From: a candidate division FCPU426 bacterium
GTDB lineage: Bacteria > Oederibacteriota > Muellerivitia > Muellerivitales > Muellerivitaceae
Reading direction: 5' to 3'
Assembly (NCBI GenBank): GCA_963847625.1
Contig: CAWKAR010000016.1
Span: 1-54,494, forward strand
DNA length: 54,494 bases
The notes under the pieces were generated by a model that was not told where the DNA came from, made no database searches, and was given only the letters and a program-made list of their open reading frames with translations. The number at the start of each line of letters is the position of its first letter. The first letter of the stretch is position 1. The position numbers and the translations under genes were made by a program. Below are positions 11,304-20,875 of the stretch, piece by piece.

Positions 11304-11327
11304 GAGTTTGACACGTATATGACACGG
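11304..11327 (+). repeat. putative integrase arm-type site (paired TGACAC)
   Basis: GAGTTTGACACGTATATGACACGG; copies at 23490-23513 (direct, 1 mismatch), 11386-11404 and 14133-14153 (inverted), degenerate inverted copy at 10922-10940. Confidence 0.75.
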
Positions 11328-11477
11328 GAAAAGCTCCTGCGTTCCATGCAGGAGGTCAAACATTCTTACCGTTTTCCCTCCCCCTTGTCATATACGTGTC
11401 AAACCCGCTTATGTATAAAATGCAAAAGCTAAGAAACGTTTCAGGGATTCCAACTAAGACTTTGTTCTTTTTTGCGA

Positions 11478-12074
11478 TTACGGCTGCTTCTTCTGCTGCT
11501 GAATCTCCGCTAGCGTTTGTAGCTGCATAGGCTGCCCTTTGGGGGTATTTTGGACATTCTGTAAGGTAATCACTCGTATTTGATCCGGCGTGGGCATGTA
11601 CCCTAAATACTGGGTGAGCCAATCATGAAACATCTGATAATCCATTACCTGATAATTTACGGGTGTCCCCTGGTAATCAACGCTATTGCGAACAGGCCAT
11701 ACAACCCAAAAGCGATTGAAACCAACTATAAGAACTTCCTTTTTGTCTTTATCGAAGGGGATATTTTTTAAAGCCTCCTGAATATTAATATTCTTCTTAA
11801 GAATTCCCAATGGACTTTTCTGGATTGCTTGATTTGCATTAACACAGTCTTGTTTGAACATCAAATCAGCGCAAGCACTACTAATTCCGTCTACACGAGT
11901 TTGTATCCACAGGATACGTTTATCAAAATCGTATATCGTTGTGTCTGGAAAGTAATCGCAAAATTGGGGTAGTGCGTATGGTGCTATCGCTTCATCATTG
12001 CAGCCGATTAGGGTTAAACTCGACAGTGCTACAAACAATAATAAAATGGCATGAATTCTTGGCCGCATGAGCAT
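11478..12074 (-). CDS. hypothetical protein, possible lipoprotein
   Basis: RPRIHAILLLFVALSSLTLIG-C lipobox-like N-terminus. Confidence 0.65.
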   Translation of the reverse strand: MLMRPRIHAILLLFVALSSLTLIGCNDEAIAPYALPQFCDYFPDTTIYDFDKRILWIQTRVDGISSACADLMFKQDCVNANQAIQKSPLGILKKNINIQEALKNIPFDKDKKEVLIVGFNRFWVVWPVRNSVDYQGTPVNYQVMDYQMFHDWLTQYLGYMPTPDQIRVITLQNVQNTPKGQPMQLQTLAEIQQQKKQP

Positions 12075-12099
12075 ATCCTTTACCCAAAATTTTAACTGA

Positions 12100-13074
12100 T
12101 TAATTGACTTTGATGATCTTTTGACCATCTGTTGAAAATTTTATTAGCTTTAGTTCAATGACTGTCTTTTCAGCATTTAAGGTAGTGACATAGCTTCTAG
12201 TCCCCAAAACCTTTGCGCTAATTAATATAGTTTGGTCATCAACAAACGATGCTTTAACCGCATTGGTGAGGTAAAAAATCCTCGACATCCCTTCCCCAGG
12301 TTCAAACGAAACGAGATAATCCGAATCGTTCACCTTCTGGATAACGGTAACCTGCCCCGCAACATCTTTCCCAATCAAAGCAGTACCACTCATGGACAAA
12401 TCCATAAAATCATAAGCTTTATCAGGATTGACGGTGGGAGTGGGCAACGGGTTCCAAACGTCTTTTTCGTCAGAAGACACAACATCTAATTTAATGTAAT
12501 TAGTAGATTTATCATTTTCTGCATAGGGGTAAAATCCGTTCACTCTGACAACCGTATTAAGCGTTTCATCATTTTTGATATCATCCAAATTTATTTTGCT
12601 ACTCGTATTTTCCAAACAAAAAATTTTAGAGTAATCCTTCGCAAACAAGCCAGCGAGGGCATCACGATTCCCGCCCTGATACATCCATTTATCTTTTTCT
12701 GGAACAGGTAATTTCACAAGCCACAGATTAGGGTCAATCTTTTTGTAAAACTTAAACTCTTCAAAATAAATGTCATCTTTATTTGCGTTATCGCCCACAT
12801 CAAATAGATCTCCCGGTGTCCTAGTACCATAAGCGACAGCGGATTTCCCGTTCTTATCCTGAATCACTATATCCCTTAAAGCTGTGTTAATTTCGGCCGC
12901 GTCCGGCGGATACTGGTGCCTGTAAATGTATAGATTCAAAGGGGGCGCGGCATTTGAAAAATTTAAGTTTCTCGTTTTAAAGATTAAATTAGGTGAAGGC
13001 GTGGCAGTGGGCATTTGCCCCCATGCGGTGGAAATTCCAGAAAAAACCAATAAAAACAAAATGATTTTTTTCAT
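12100..13074 (-). CDS. hypothetical secreted protein
   Basis: MKKIILFLLVFSGISTAWG signal peptide, GAGGAA SD, PTATPSP linker. Confidence 0.75.
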   Translation of the reverse strand: MKKIILFLLVFSGISTAWGQMPTATPSPNLIFKTRNLNFSNAAPPLNLYIYRHQYPPDAAEINTALRDIVIQDKNGKSAVAYGTRTPGDLFDVGDNANKDDIYFEEFKFYKKIDPNLWLVKLPVPEKDKWMYQGGNRDALAGLFAKDYSKIFCLENTSSKINLDDIKNDETLNTVVRVNGFYPYAENDKSTNYIKLDVVSSDEKDVWNPLPTPTVNPDKAYDFMDLSMSGTALIGKDVAGQVTVIQKVNDSDYLVSFEPGEGMSRIFYLTNAVKASFVDDQTILISAKVLGTRSYVTTLNAEKTVIELKLIKFSTDGQKIIKVN

Positions 13075-13195
13075 AGTATTTCCTCTCGTCAAATTTATTT
13101 TCAAATTTAAATATCACTCAATGCTTTTTCCGTTTTCGGAGCTATGCACTCGACATAAGTAAGGCTATTTTGCGGCTCTTATTTAGTTTTCCTTT

Positions 13196-13768
13196 TCAAC
13201 TTTCTGCCTTAAACCATTTCAATACTTGATTCATTGTTTTATTAAAAAAAGTTGTTCTTTCAAAATATTCATAACGCCTCAAATCCCTGGGGTTAAAATT
13301 CGGATTGCGATATTGGCTTTCATGTCGAAACTCATAAAAAGTAGTTAAATACGCCCACAATTTTATGTAAGCCTCAGACACTTTTTTCTCTTTTGTTTTT
13401 TCTCGTCTTTTATGAAAAAGACGTATTTTTTTCATCGTGCTTTTTATCTCATCGGATTTCGGTGACATGTAATAAGAAGCGACACCTGTAGAAACTACTT
13501 GAATAAAATGTTTTAAGATGAAATCGTTCGGATTAGTTTTCAAACCTTCCTTTCGAGCAATCTCCGCCATTCGTTGAACATAGTTCCAATAATAAAAATC
13601 GTTCGGTTTGATAAAAACAGCTAAAATAAGACAGGTTATTCCAATGACAACTATAATAATTCCAGGGCATAAATAGGCGTGCTGTTCCATCAACATAGTT
13701 GGGATTCCAGCGCAAATAACGCTGCCCCCAAAACCAAGCAAAAAAATCTGCCAGTCTTTTCTTTCCAT
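13196..13768 (-). CDS. hypothetical protein with two N-terminal TM helices
   Basis: 190-aa AT-rich ORF with GAGG SD and two hydrophobic segments. Confidence 0.65.
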   Translation of the reverse strand: MERKDWQIFLLGFGGSVICAGIPTMLMEQHAYLCPGIIIVVIGITCLILAVFIKPNDFYYWNYVQRMAEIARKEGLKTNPNDFILKHFIQVVSTGVASYYMSPKSDEIKSTMKKIRLFHKRREKTKEKKVSEAYIKLWAYLTTFYEFRHESQYRNPNFNPRDLRRYEYFERTTFFNKTMNQVLKWFKAES

Positions 13769-13813
13769 TCCCGATCATAGCCTCACTTATATTAAGTGCA
13801 TAGTTTCGTTTAT

Positions 13814-14110
13814 TTATTCACGAACTCTTACACGACCCTCCTCAATAATCCAAAGCTTTCGGCTTACTTGTTCCTTTTCCAATAAATTCAAAACAGGCCG
13901 GAATAGTTCAATCATGGTGGGTTTGTCCTGGCGGTTCGACCGAATCACCATAATTCCTGGGTATTTCTCGGGCGGGTAGGCCCGGATATCGGAAAAATCT
14001 AAGTCACAAGTGATGAAGGCCCTGCCTTCTTTGCCGCAAACTGCCGCTAAGTTTGTGTCGGGATTTCCGGTTAAGCCTTGGTCGTTCACCGTAGGAGGTC
14101 GTAAAAACAC
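13814..14110 (-). pseudogene. 5'-truncated DUF5615/Mut7-C-like PIN protein
   Basis: TVNDQGLTG..D, EGRAFITCDLDFSDIRAYPP..YPGI.V.R; the usual N-terminal ..LDEN strand is absent. Confidence 0.7.
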
Positions 14111-14212
14111 ATGTTTTTCTTCCGGTTCCCTATGTCATATCGGTGTCAAACTCAATAAGGGCGAAGCGTCAAAATTCATTTCATCTTAGGCACGGTTTCC
14201 CCCGTTAGGAAA

Positions 14213-14557
14213 TTACTTAGAGGAAGGTTCCAAAATTGGAAAGTTGATATTCCTTTGGCGTTCAACCTGTTCCAAGCCGCGTTGGACCGCAAGGCCGAGC
14301 TTGCCAGTAATCAAAAAGGAATCCGGGTATTTTTCCATGAGAATGGAAAGAGTTTCATCAGCAAACGAGGGATTTAATATCTTCACATTGCCTAAATCTA
14401 TTAATAACTTCTCGCCGGGCTTTAAAGATGAAACAGCGCTTTCTAATTGTGGGAAAGCCTTCATCCCGTCCTCACGACCATTTAACATCAGTCCAAAACG
14501 GCTGAAGTCAAAAGGGACGAAACGGCCCGTATAAGATTTTTGATGAACAACTACCAT
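14213..14557 (-). CDS. STAS-like DUF4325 protein
   Basis: LLIDLGNVKILNPSFADETL motif. Confidence 0.75.
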   Translation of the reverse strand: MVVVHQKSYTGRFVPFDFSRFGLMLNGREDGMKAFPQLESAVSSLKPGEKLLIDLGNVKILNPSFADETLSILMEKYPDSFLITGKLGLAVQRGLEQVERQRNINFPILEPSSK

Positions 14558-14572
14558 GACTTTGAACCAACC

Positions 14573-15379
14573 TCAGTAATTAATTGTCAACCCAATCATT
14601 GTACCAACTAACTGTTTCCCTTTAAACAGGCATTGAGTCCCGCCATTGACGCGCAAATGACTATCACCTGACCGGATATCCATTTCTCCTCGAAGATCAG
14701 CCTGTATTGTCCTCAAAATGAACGGAAGACCATTACCGCCACGATGTTGCGGTCTTGAAGTGACGTTGGTTTCCAAGGCTTTTCGGATGGCTTCTTCATC
14801 CGTGTGTAAATTCTTATATTCCTCAATCTCCATAAGAGAAGCTCGAATTCCAATGCCGAAATCACCAACAGCCACTTCAATCGTGTTGGCCCTAGGCCAT
14901 TTTTGAACCATAAGAAGCCCGCCAACAAATTGACGAAAAGGCCAACGGCCAAAGTTATGGAAGAAGATGTTATCTGCGGCCTCCCCCATCAAGCCAACCG
15001 TTAAAAAGGAGCGTTCTTCGTCCAAGCCGATTCGTTGGAGAAAATGAACCATTTGGTCAAATCTAGCCTGAAAGTCGTCACGAAATTTAAGACGAGTCAA
15101 TTCTATTAAAGTTCCTTCCGTCGAGTGTTCCTGAATACTCACTCTGTTGAGGGCTTCAACCTTTACCGATAATCCCAACTCCTCTACGAACGACCCAAAA
15201 TGAATCCTTTTCAAGTAAACCAGCACGTCGTGCTTTTTAGGCAAGGCCACTTCAAAATTCAAACCCTTCCCCTGTAATTCAGTTAGCAGGAGACACAAAC
15301 CAACAATGCCCCAAGGTTTCACAAATTCAACGTGACTTAAGTCAACAGTCAAACCATTATCAAAATTATCAGGCACCAA
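14573..15379 (-). CDS. GHKL/histidine-kinase-like ATPase with N-terminal STAS-like region
   Basis: N-box EAADNIFFH, G1 VGDFGIGI, G2 GGNGL; N-terminal VDLSHVEFVKPWGIV. Confidence 0.8.
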   Translation of the reverse strand: MVPDNFDNGLTVDLSHVEFVKPWGIVGLCLLLTELQGKGLNFEVALPKKHDVLVYLKRIHFGSFVEELGLSVKVEALNRVSIQEHSTEGTLIELTRLKFRDDFQARFDQMVHFLQRIGLDEERSFLTVGLMGEAADNIFFHNFGRWPFRQFVGGLLMVQKWPRANTIEVAVGDFGIGIRASLMEIEEYKNLHTDEEAIRKALETNVTSRPQHRGGNGLPFILRTIQADLRGEMDIRSGDSHLRVNGGTQCLFKGKQLVGTMIGLTINY

Positions 15380-15462
15380 ACCTTCAAAACTATTCGCGGT
15401 CTAAAGTGGAATTTGCGGGGATAAAATCAATTGTGTTTCCTTGATCTATTTAAACAGCGATT

Positions 15463-16278
15463 TTACGAAAAAACTTCAAAAGGCTCCCGTCCAAGCTTTA
15501 AAAACAGGTTTATAATTTCAACTGCTTGTCGGTCCACCTCGTGCGCCTCTTTACTTTTGGGAAACAATGCGCAAAACATATTTATCATGTTCGCCAAAAT
15601 AACGGCTAACAGGGGATCAATAAAATCGCCCTGCTGGGGGTCATCTGCTAAAGTTACAAGATGGTTGTATTGAATTCCACTCAAACCGCCAGAATGGGCA
15701 TAACCACACAGTAAACTGTAAATGGTCCTGAATCGGCTTTCATTAAAGCCAATCTGTACTCCCATTGTTGTCCAACTGTCAAAGCGCCACTCCCCTTCCA
15801 TTACTCTCTTTTTTTGTTTTTCCGTGAGTTGAAGAAAACTTTGATTCGAATTCAGCTTTGTCTTAATTTCCTCAATTTCCATTTTTTCGGCGGTCACCTT
15901 CTCCCTGTTCGCTTGTATTAGATTTTCATCAGGGAAAAAACCTTGCCTATCAATCAAACCCGACATGACCCAGGCGTTGTACCTGTACTCAAAATCCTCG
16001 TCTGTCACCGGGAGACAAAATACATATCCAAAAGTAAGAAGACTTTCTAAAGCGGCTCTCGCAGTTACAAAGACAGTTCCAAAGTCCTTGAAACTAAAAT
16101 TTATTTCAGGAAGGTTCGTCCCGCGCAAAAGATATTCCGTGGACGCACAATGATCTAGACATTTCGCTATAAGTCCCTGTGCCCTATTGAGTCGAAGGGT
16201 ATAGTTCAGTTGTTTGCTCGCATCTATGACTTTCAAATAATGTTGCAAAAGAAACAAAACTTCCTCTTGTGCCGACAT
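15463..16278 (-). CDS. DUF5677-like (HEPN-like) protein
   Basis: ARAALES motif and YSLLCGYAHS motif; start at MSAQEE (AAGGA SD). Confidence 0.6.
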   Translation of the reverse strand: MSAQEEVLFLLQHYLKVIDASKQLNYTLRLNRAQGLIAKCLDHCASTEYLLRGTNLPEINFSFKDFGTVFVTARAALESLLTFGYVFCLPVTDEDFEYRYNAWVMSGLIDRQGFFPDENLIQANREKVTAEKMEIEEIKTKLNSNQSFLQLTEKQKKRVMEGEWRFDSWTTMGVQIGFNESRFRTIYSLLCGYAHSGGLSGIQYNHLVTLADDPQQGDFIDPLLAVILANMINMFCALFPKSKEAHEVDRQAVEIINLFLKLGREPFEVFS

Positions 16279-16301
16279 GAAAATCCTTTCTGTTTGAACA
16301 A

Positions 16302-18293
16302 TCATAAGATCTTGCATCGCTTAAGACGCTTCAGCATCTTTTCCTTTTCACCCCTTGAAAGGCGATCCTGATACCGCACATCCAGTCCGAAATAGAGTTC
16401 AAGCCAATACCGCGCCTCATCCCACTTCTTGAGCTTGAGGAAAGCTGCTGAGATGCCATCTATCCAATAGCCTAATTGAAGCTGTCCGGTATTCATGGAC
16501 GACATCTCTTTGCCAGCCGCAAGTAGCTGTTCGATATACGGCTTGACGGCTTCGACGACTTTCTCAGGCTTGTTGCGGTGGTCGAAAAGCCTGTCATGAG
16601 CCTTCCTCGCAACAGGGGTTTTATCGATCTTCCGAATAAGTAACAGGTCGCGTTCCCATGCAGATTTTTCCCGCTCCTCTTCGTGTGGGGAATAAGTCGA
16701 ACCTGTTTTTACAACGAGCCGTAGACGTTCCAGCGATGCTCGTACTACATCGAGATACTGTTGAGTGGGCTCTGCCCGGATTTTTGGATCGTGCTGAATG
16801 TTGTCGAAATTCAACGTAAAGCCTAACCCAAGCTCCCGCTTCTCTGACGTGTCGAGTTTTCGAAGTAGCGTGAGCTTCTGGTTGCGAGTGATCGAGTCCA
16901 ACTCCCTCAGATGTTTTGAGACTTCGACGATCACGTCCAGGGCTTCACCGCGCTCGGGGAATTGTGTCCGAAGAAAGACACACTCATCTTCAATTTTTTC
17001 AGCTTCAGATGGGTCAAAGTTTTGAAGTAAGGTACAGAGATAACTTGTAAGTCTGATGGTGAGGTAGTTTTCGATCTCGTCGCGGGTGCCGGTAAGTCCG
17101 AAGATTCTAAAGTATTCCGCTCGCTGGTCGTCCGAAAGATGGTTGATCCGCTCTGAACCCCAATCGGGAAGCGGAACGAGCTTCTTAACGCCCGGCTCGC
17201 ATTTGAAACCATGGTCAAACAAAAGTGGAATGAATCCCCTGGACTTCTGAAAATTAGCTAATTTACCTTCGATTGTTTTTTTGTCGGCATGTCGGGTCTC
17301 ATACCGTGACATTGCGTTTTTGTACTTCTTTTCGTCAATGACCTTCAGGCGATATAGGTTCTCTGCATGCAGAGGGTGTTTGATGATGACTTTTACCTTT
17401 TCGTCACCACTGAGTACGTCTTCGAGATGAGTGAAGTCGAAATACATCCGAAGGTGATCGTCGAGATCACCTGATTTCTCTACTAACTCGGAGGAGCATT
17501 TATAAATAAACTTTCCCTGGTTGAATAGCTTAGCAGCGCAAAGGCGCTCTATTAAGCGTCGAAGGGTTTCCGGGATAAAAACGAGAAAGGATGTTTGCTT
17601 GACAAGATAACTCGACATGAAACCATGGTCGTACAGGTTCTTGAAAGTCGTGTAAGCATAGTCCACAGCCCAGCTATCGGTTTGGGTTCCAAGCAAGACC
17701 CAGCCTGTCCAGTGCAGATACTCAATGGAGGAATTGATTTCCAAATACCAATAGGCATAAAGGCCTTCCTCCAGGTTCTCGGTCGGTCCTGAAGACGTAG
17801 AAGGCTCGCGCCACTGGCTCAATACCTCGTGGAACTCCGCGAAGGCTTTGTTCACGGTTTGCATGTCTTCAGTGTTTCCACCCCTATCGGGATGGTGTTT
17901 CAGAGCGGCTTTCTTATAGGCCGCACGTAAAGATTCGAAGGTGACTGTCCCACTGAGTTCGAGCAGTTGAACCCCTCGCGGGTTGGTTTTCTTGAGGTAG
18001 TCGAGCACCTGCAATCCATGATTGACGTTTTTGAGTTTCTTCCGATTCCGAAAAACAAAAGTGTCGAGTAGTTCTAGGCTGGTTTCGTCACCAATGTACG
18101 CGAGCAGATTACTTAACGCAGGTTCGAGTTTTTCGTAGAAATTGCGTTTGTCGTCTACGGATCGCAAGGAATTGAAGTAGACCTCATGCTCGCGTGCAGT
18201 AAAGTACCGCGCAAGTACAGCACTGCTCAGAAGATCGGTTTCAATACCGGATGTGGTCGGAACGGTATTCTGGGTCTTAATTTGGTTCGCCAT
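16302..18293 (-). CDS. large J-domain-containing protein
   Basis: LRAAYKKAALKHHPDRGGNTEDMQTVNKAF (HPD J-domain) inside a ~660-aa helical protein with a TPR-like C-terminus. Confidence 0.8.
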   Translation of the reverse strand: MANQIKTQNTVPTTSGIETDLLSSAVLARYFTAREHEVYFNSLRSVDDKRNFYEKLEPALSNLLAYIGDETSLELLDTFVFRNRKKLKNVNHGLQVLDYLKKTNPRGVQLLELSGTVTFESLRAAYKKAALKHHPDRGGNTEDMQTVNKAFAEFHEVLSQWREPSTSSGPTENLEEGLYAYWYLEINSSIEYLHWTGWVLLGTQTDSWAVDYAYTTFKNLYDHGFMSSYLVKQTSFLVFIPETLRRLIERLCAAKLFNQGKFIYKCSSELVEKSGDLDDHLRMYFDFTHLEDVLSGDEKVKVIIKHPLHAENLYRLKVIDEKKYKNAMSRYETRHADKKTIEGKLANFQKSRGFIPLLFDHGFKCEPGVKKLVPLPDWGSERINHLSDDQRAEYFRIFGLTGTRDEIENYLTIRLTSYLCTLLQNFDPSEAEKIEDECVFLRTQFPERGEALDVIVEVSKHLRELDSITRNQKLTLLRKLDTSEKRELGLGFTLNFDNIQHDPKIRAEPTQQYLDVVRASLERLRLVVKTGSTYSPHEEEREKSAWERDLLLIRKIDKTPVARKAHDRLFDHRNKPEKVVEAVKPYIEQLLAAGKEMSSMNTGQLQLGYWIDGISAAFLKLKKWDEARYWLELYFGLDVRYQDRLSRGEKEKMLKRLKRCKIL

Positions 18294-18843
18294 GTTTCCA
18301 TTTTGACACAAAAATTTCTTTTACGCTTAGTCAGTTTTTCAGGGTCTGTGGAAAAAATGGTGCCTGGCCAACACACTTTAGCCAAACGAGCCATTATTTT
18401 ACCCGGCAAACCACACTTATTCACCTTTTTCACAATTTGTAAATTTTCTAAGTGCTGTGTTGGGTCAAATATACTGTTCCTAAGCGTATTCAACCACCGG
18501 CCCCGCAAGAATGAATAATGGTTTCTTCAGCGTTACGGAAGCCCGTGATATACCTGCTCATCTTGAAATTAAATTTGATTAAATGTCGATTGCCATTGTG
18601 TCATTAACAAAGGTTCTACATTTCCATTTTCCAAAAACGAATTGAAGTTACTGATACCTAAAATATATTTAAAACTATTGAACAAGGTGAATAGCGTAAT
18701 AAATCTTCAACCCTGATATAAAAGTTTTCATCGGCCATTCCCAAAATCCTTAAATATATGGAATTGTCTTAATAACACTGATATATCTAGTAGCGCAACT
18801 TTTCTACACCCCATGACGTCCAAAGAAAGGAAGGAAGAAATTC

Positions 18844-19044
18844 ATGAACACAAAGAAAAAACGCGGCCCAAAACCCCTGGGTGGAATTCGGATCATCCTT
18901 CGTCTTTTGCCAGATTTAATAACGGCTCTTGACGCGGAGCAGAAGCGGTCAGGCAGAACCAGGACCGACCTGATTCAGCGAGCCATTGAGGCCCAATATA
19001 TGGGCAAGCGCCGTAAAACAGATTGGGAGCCGCATATGAAATAA
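18844..19044 (+). CDS. ribbon-helix-helix (CopG-like) DNA-binding protein
   Basis: RIILRLLPDLITALDAEQKRSGRTRTDLIQRAIE; first gene of the backbone. Confidence 0.75.
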   Translation: MNTKKKRGPKPLGGIRIILRLLPDLITALDAEQKRSGRTRTDLIQRAIEAQYMGKRRKTDWEPHMK

Positions 19045-19103
19045 CCTGGCGGGAAACCGCCGGGGGATGTGAGTAGCGCGGTTTCCGGAAAGCCAGGTGC
19101 GGT

Positions 19104-20834
19104 ATGACAAGAGAATCAAAGGACTCCCTCAACCTGTTTATTATGCTTCCAGGCGCCCTTCCCTTTATCTTCATCGGGATCAACCTTCTGTATCCCCTTT
19201 TCGGAGTTTTGAGCGTGGACGGCACCTTCCCCAATGCGGAATTTTACAACCACCACTTCTTAGACAACTGGGTTTTACTATTTGCCATCCCTTACATGTG
19301 ATTTTGCTCTTTTACCGAAACGACGAAAACATTTTCATCACCACCAAGCTGGCCGTTTCGCGCCACATTGGCGGTTTCCCTCCTGGACCCCTTCACCAAC
19401 ATTACAACCGGCTTTACTTCGTCTTGGCGGGGTTATTGACCGCCGGGGCCATGGCATGGCTTTTACTGGAAACCCGTCAAGAAAAGACACGTGGATTACG
19501 GCAAGTTCCCCTTGCTGATTGCCCCCAAAAAGGGAAGGGCTTCCCAACGTCTTCCCTCCACGAGAACGTGCAAATAGTTGGCGGAACAGGCACCGGAAAG
19601 ACCCATTACGTCATCAAGCCATTCATCGAACAGACCATTAAGCAGGGTTTGGGGTGTTTTATCAGCGACGTAAAAGGCAACATGCTTCGTGATGTTGCCT
19701 TTTACGTCAGCCAAGCGTGGCCGCACTCTTCGTCATTTCACCTTGACCGATCACCTGCCACTCCCACTCCTACAACCCCCTCTATGGGAACAACGCGGAC
19801 GCCATCGCCAACCGGGCTTACACGGCCCTCTACTACAACGCCAAGAACACCGAAACCTATTACGTCGAAGTGGCCGACGCCTTCCTACACAACCTCATCG
19901 GCCTTTTAAAGGAAGAGATCGAAACCATGATCTTCCAAGACTTGCTTTTCGCCGCCCAGGAAGCCGACACCTTCAAGATCATCGGTTCCTACTGCAACGA
20001 AATACCCCCACACTCCTACGCTTGGTATTTCCGGGACCAATGGATGGGCAAGTCCCCCAAGGACCGCCGGATGGAGTTGACCGGGATTGGTCAACAAGCT
20101 CCAACGGTTCTGTAACAGCGAATGGTCTTACCTCTTGAACGCCCGCAATCCCGATATCCGCATGGCGGATGTCGTGGCGAAAGGCGAAGTCTTTCTCTTC
20201 TCCCCTAACTTCGCCCGTTACCCGGAGGACGCCAAGGCCCTCTCCATCCTCGCCATGATGGACCTCTCCGAGCAGTTGGCGGACAGGTATACGGGAGACG
20301 CCGGAGAAACCCTTCCGGGTTTTCCTGGACGAGTTCTACAACTTGGCCTATCCCCGGTTCATCGACTTCATCAACAAGTGCCGGGAAGCCCAGGTGAACC
20401 TCTTCTTGGCCCACCAGTCCCTAGGGGACTTAAAAGGCGTTTCCCCTGAGTTCCAGGAACAGGTTATGAACACGGCCAGCAACAAGATCATCTTACGGGT
20501 GAACGACCCGGACACGGCGGAATCCTTCGCCCGGCAATTCGGGACCGAACTGGACCAGGAAGCCAGGGTGACTTCCTACAAGGCGGACCATACGGTGGCC
20601 GGGTACAGCGTTCCCATCACGGAAAAGTTCCGGTTCCACCCCAACCGGATCAAGGAACTCAAGACCGGGCAGGCCATCGTCAAAGTCGTCGCGGAGGGCG
20701 GGGTCTATGTCTTCCAGAGCGATTTGCGGAGTGCTACCACGGCCCCGGAGGGCTTCAACCCCGAAAGCGTTCTTGGCCCCAGGCAGTACCGGGAGAAGAA
20801 GAACGAAAGCTCCCTGGTAATCATCCCCGAATGA
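19104..20834 (+). pseudogene. VirD4/TraD-like type IV coupling protein, frameshifted
   Basis: N-terminal TMs, Walker A GGTGTGKT, DVKG, YNPL, Walker B VFLDEF, LAHQSLGDL, DPDTAE; split over at least 5 reading-frame segments. Confidence 0.8.
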
Positions 20835-20875
20835 AACCAAAGAACCGGTGAAACTCGGAAGCCGGATGGGGGAGG

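Noticed and set aside
11223..11622. Short ORFs containing FDTYMTR, resembling the integrase C-terminus
   Set aside because: The similarity comes from the DNA arm-type repeat, not from protein conservation
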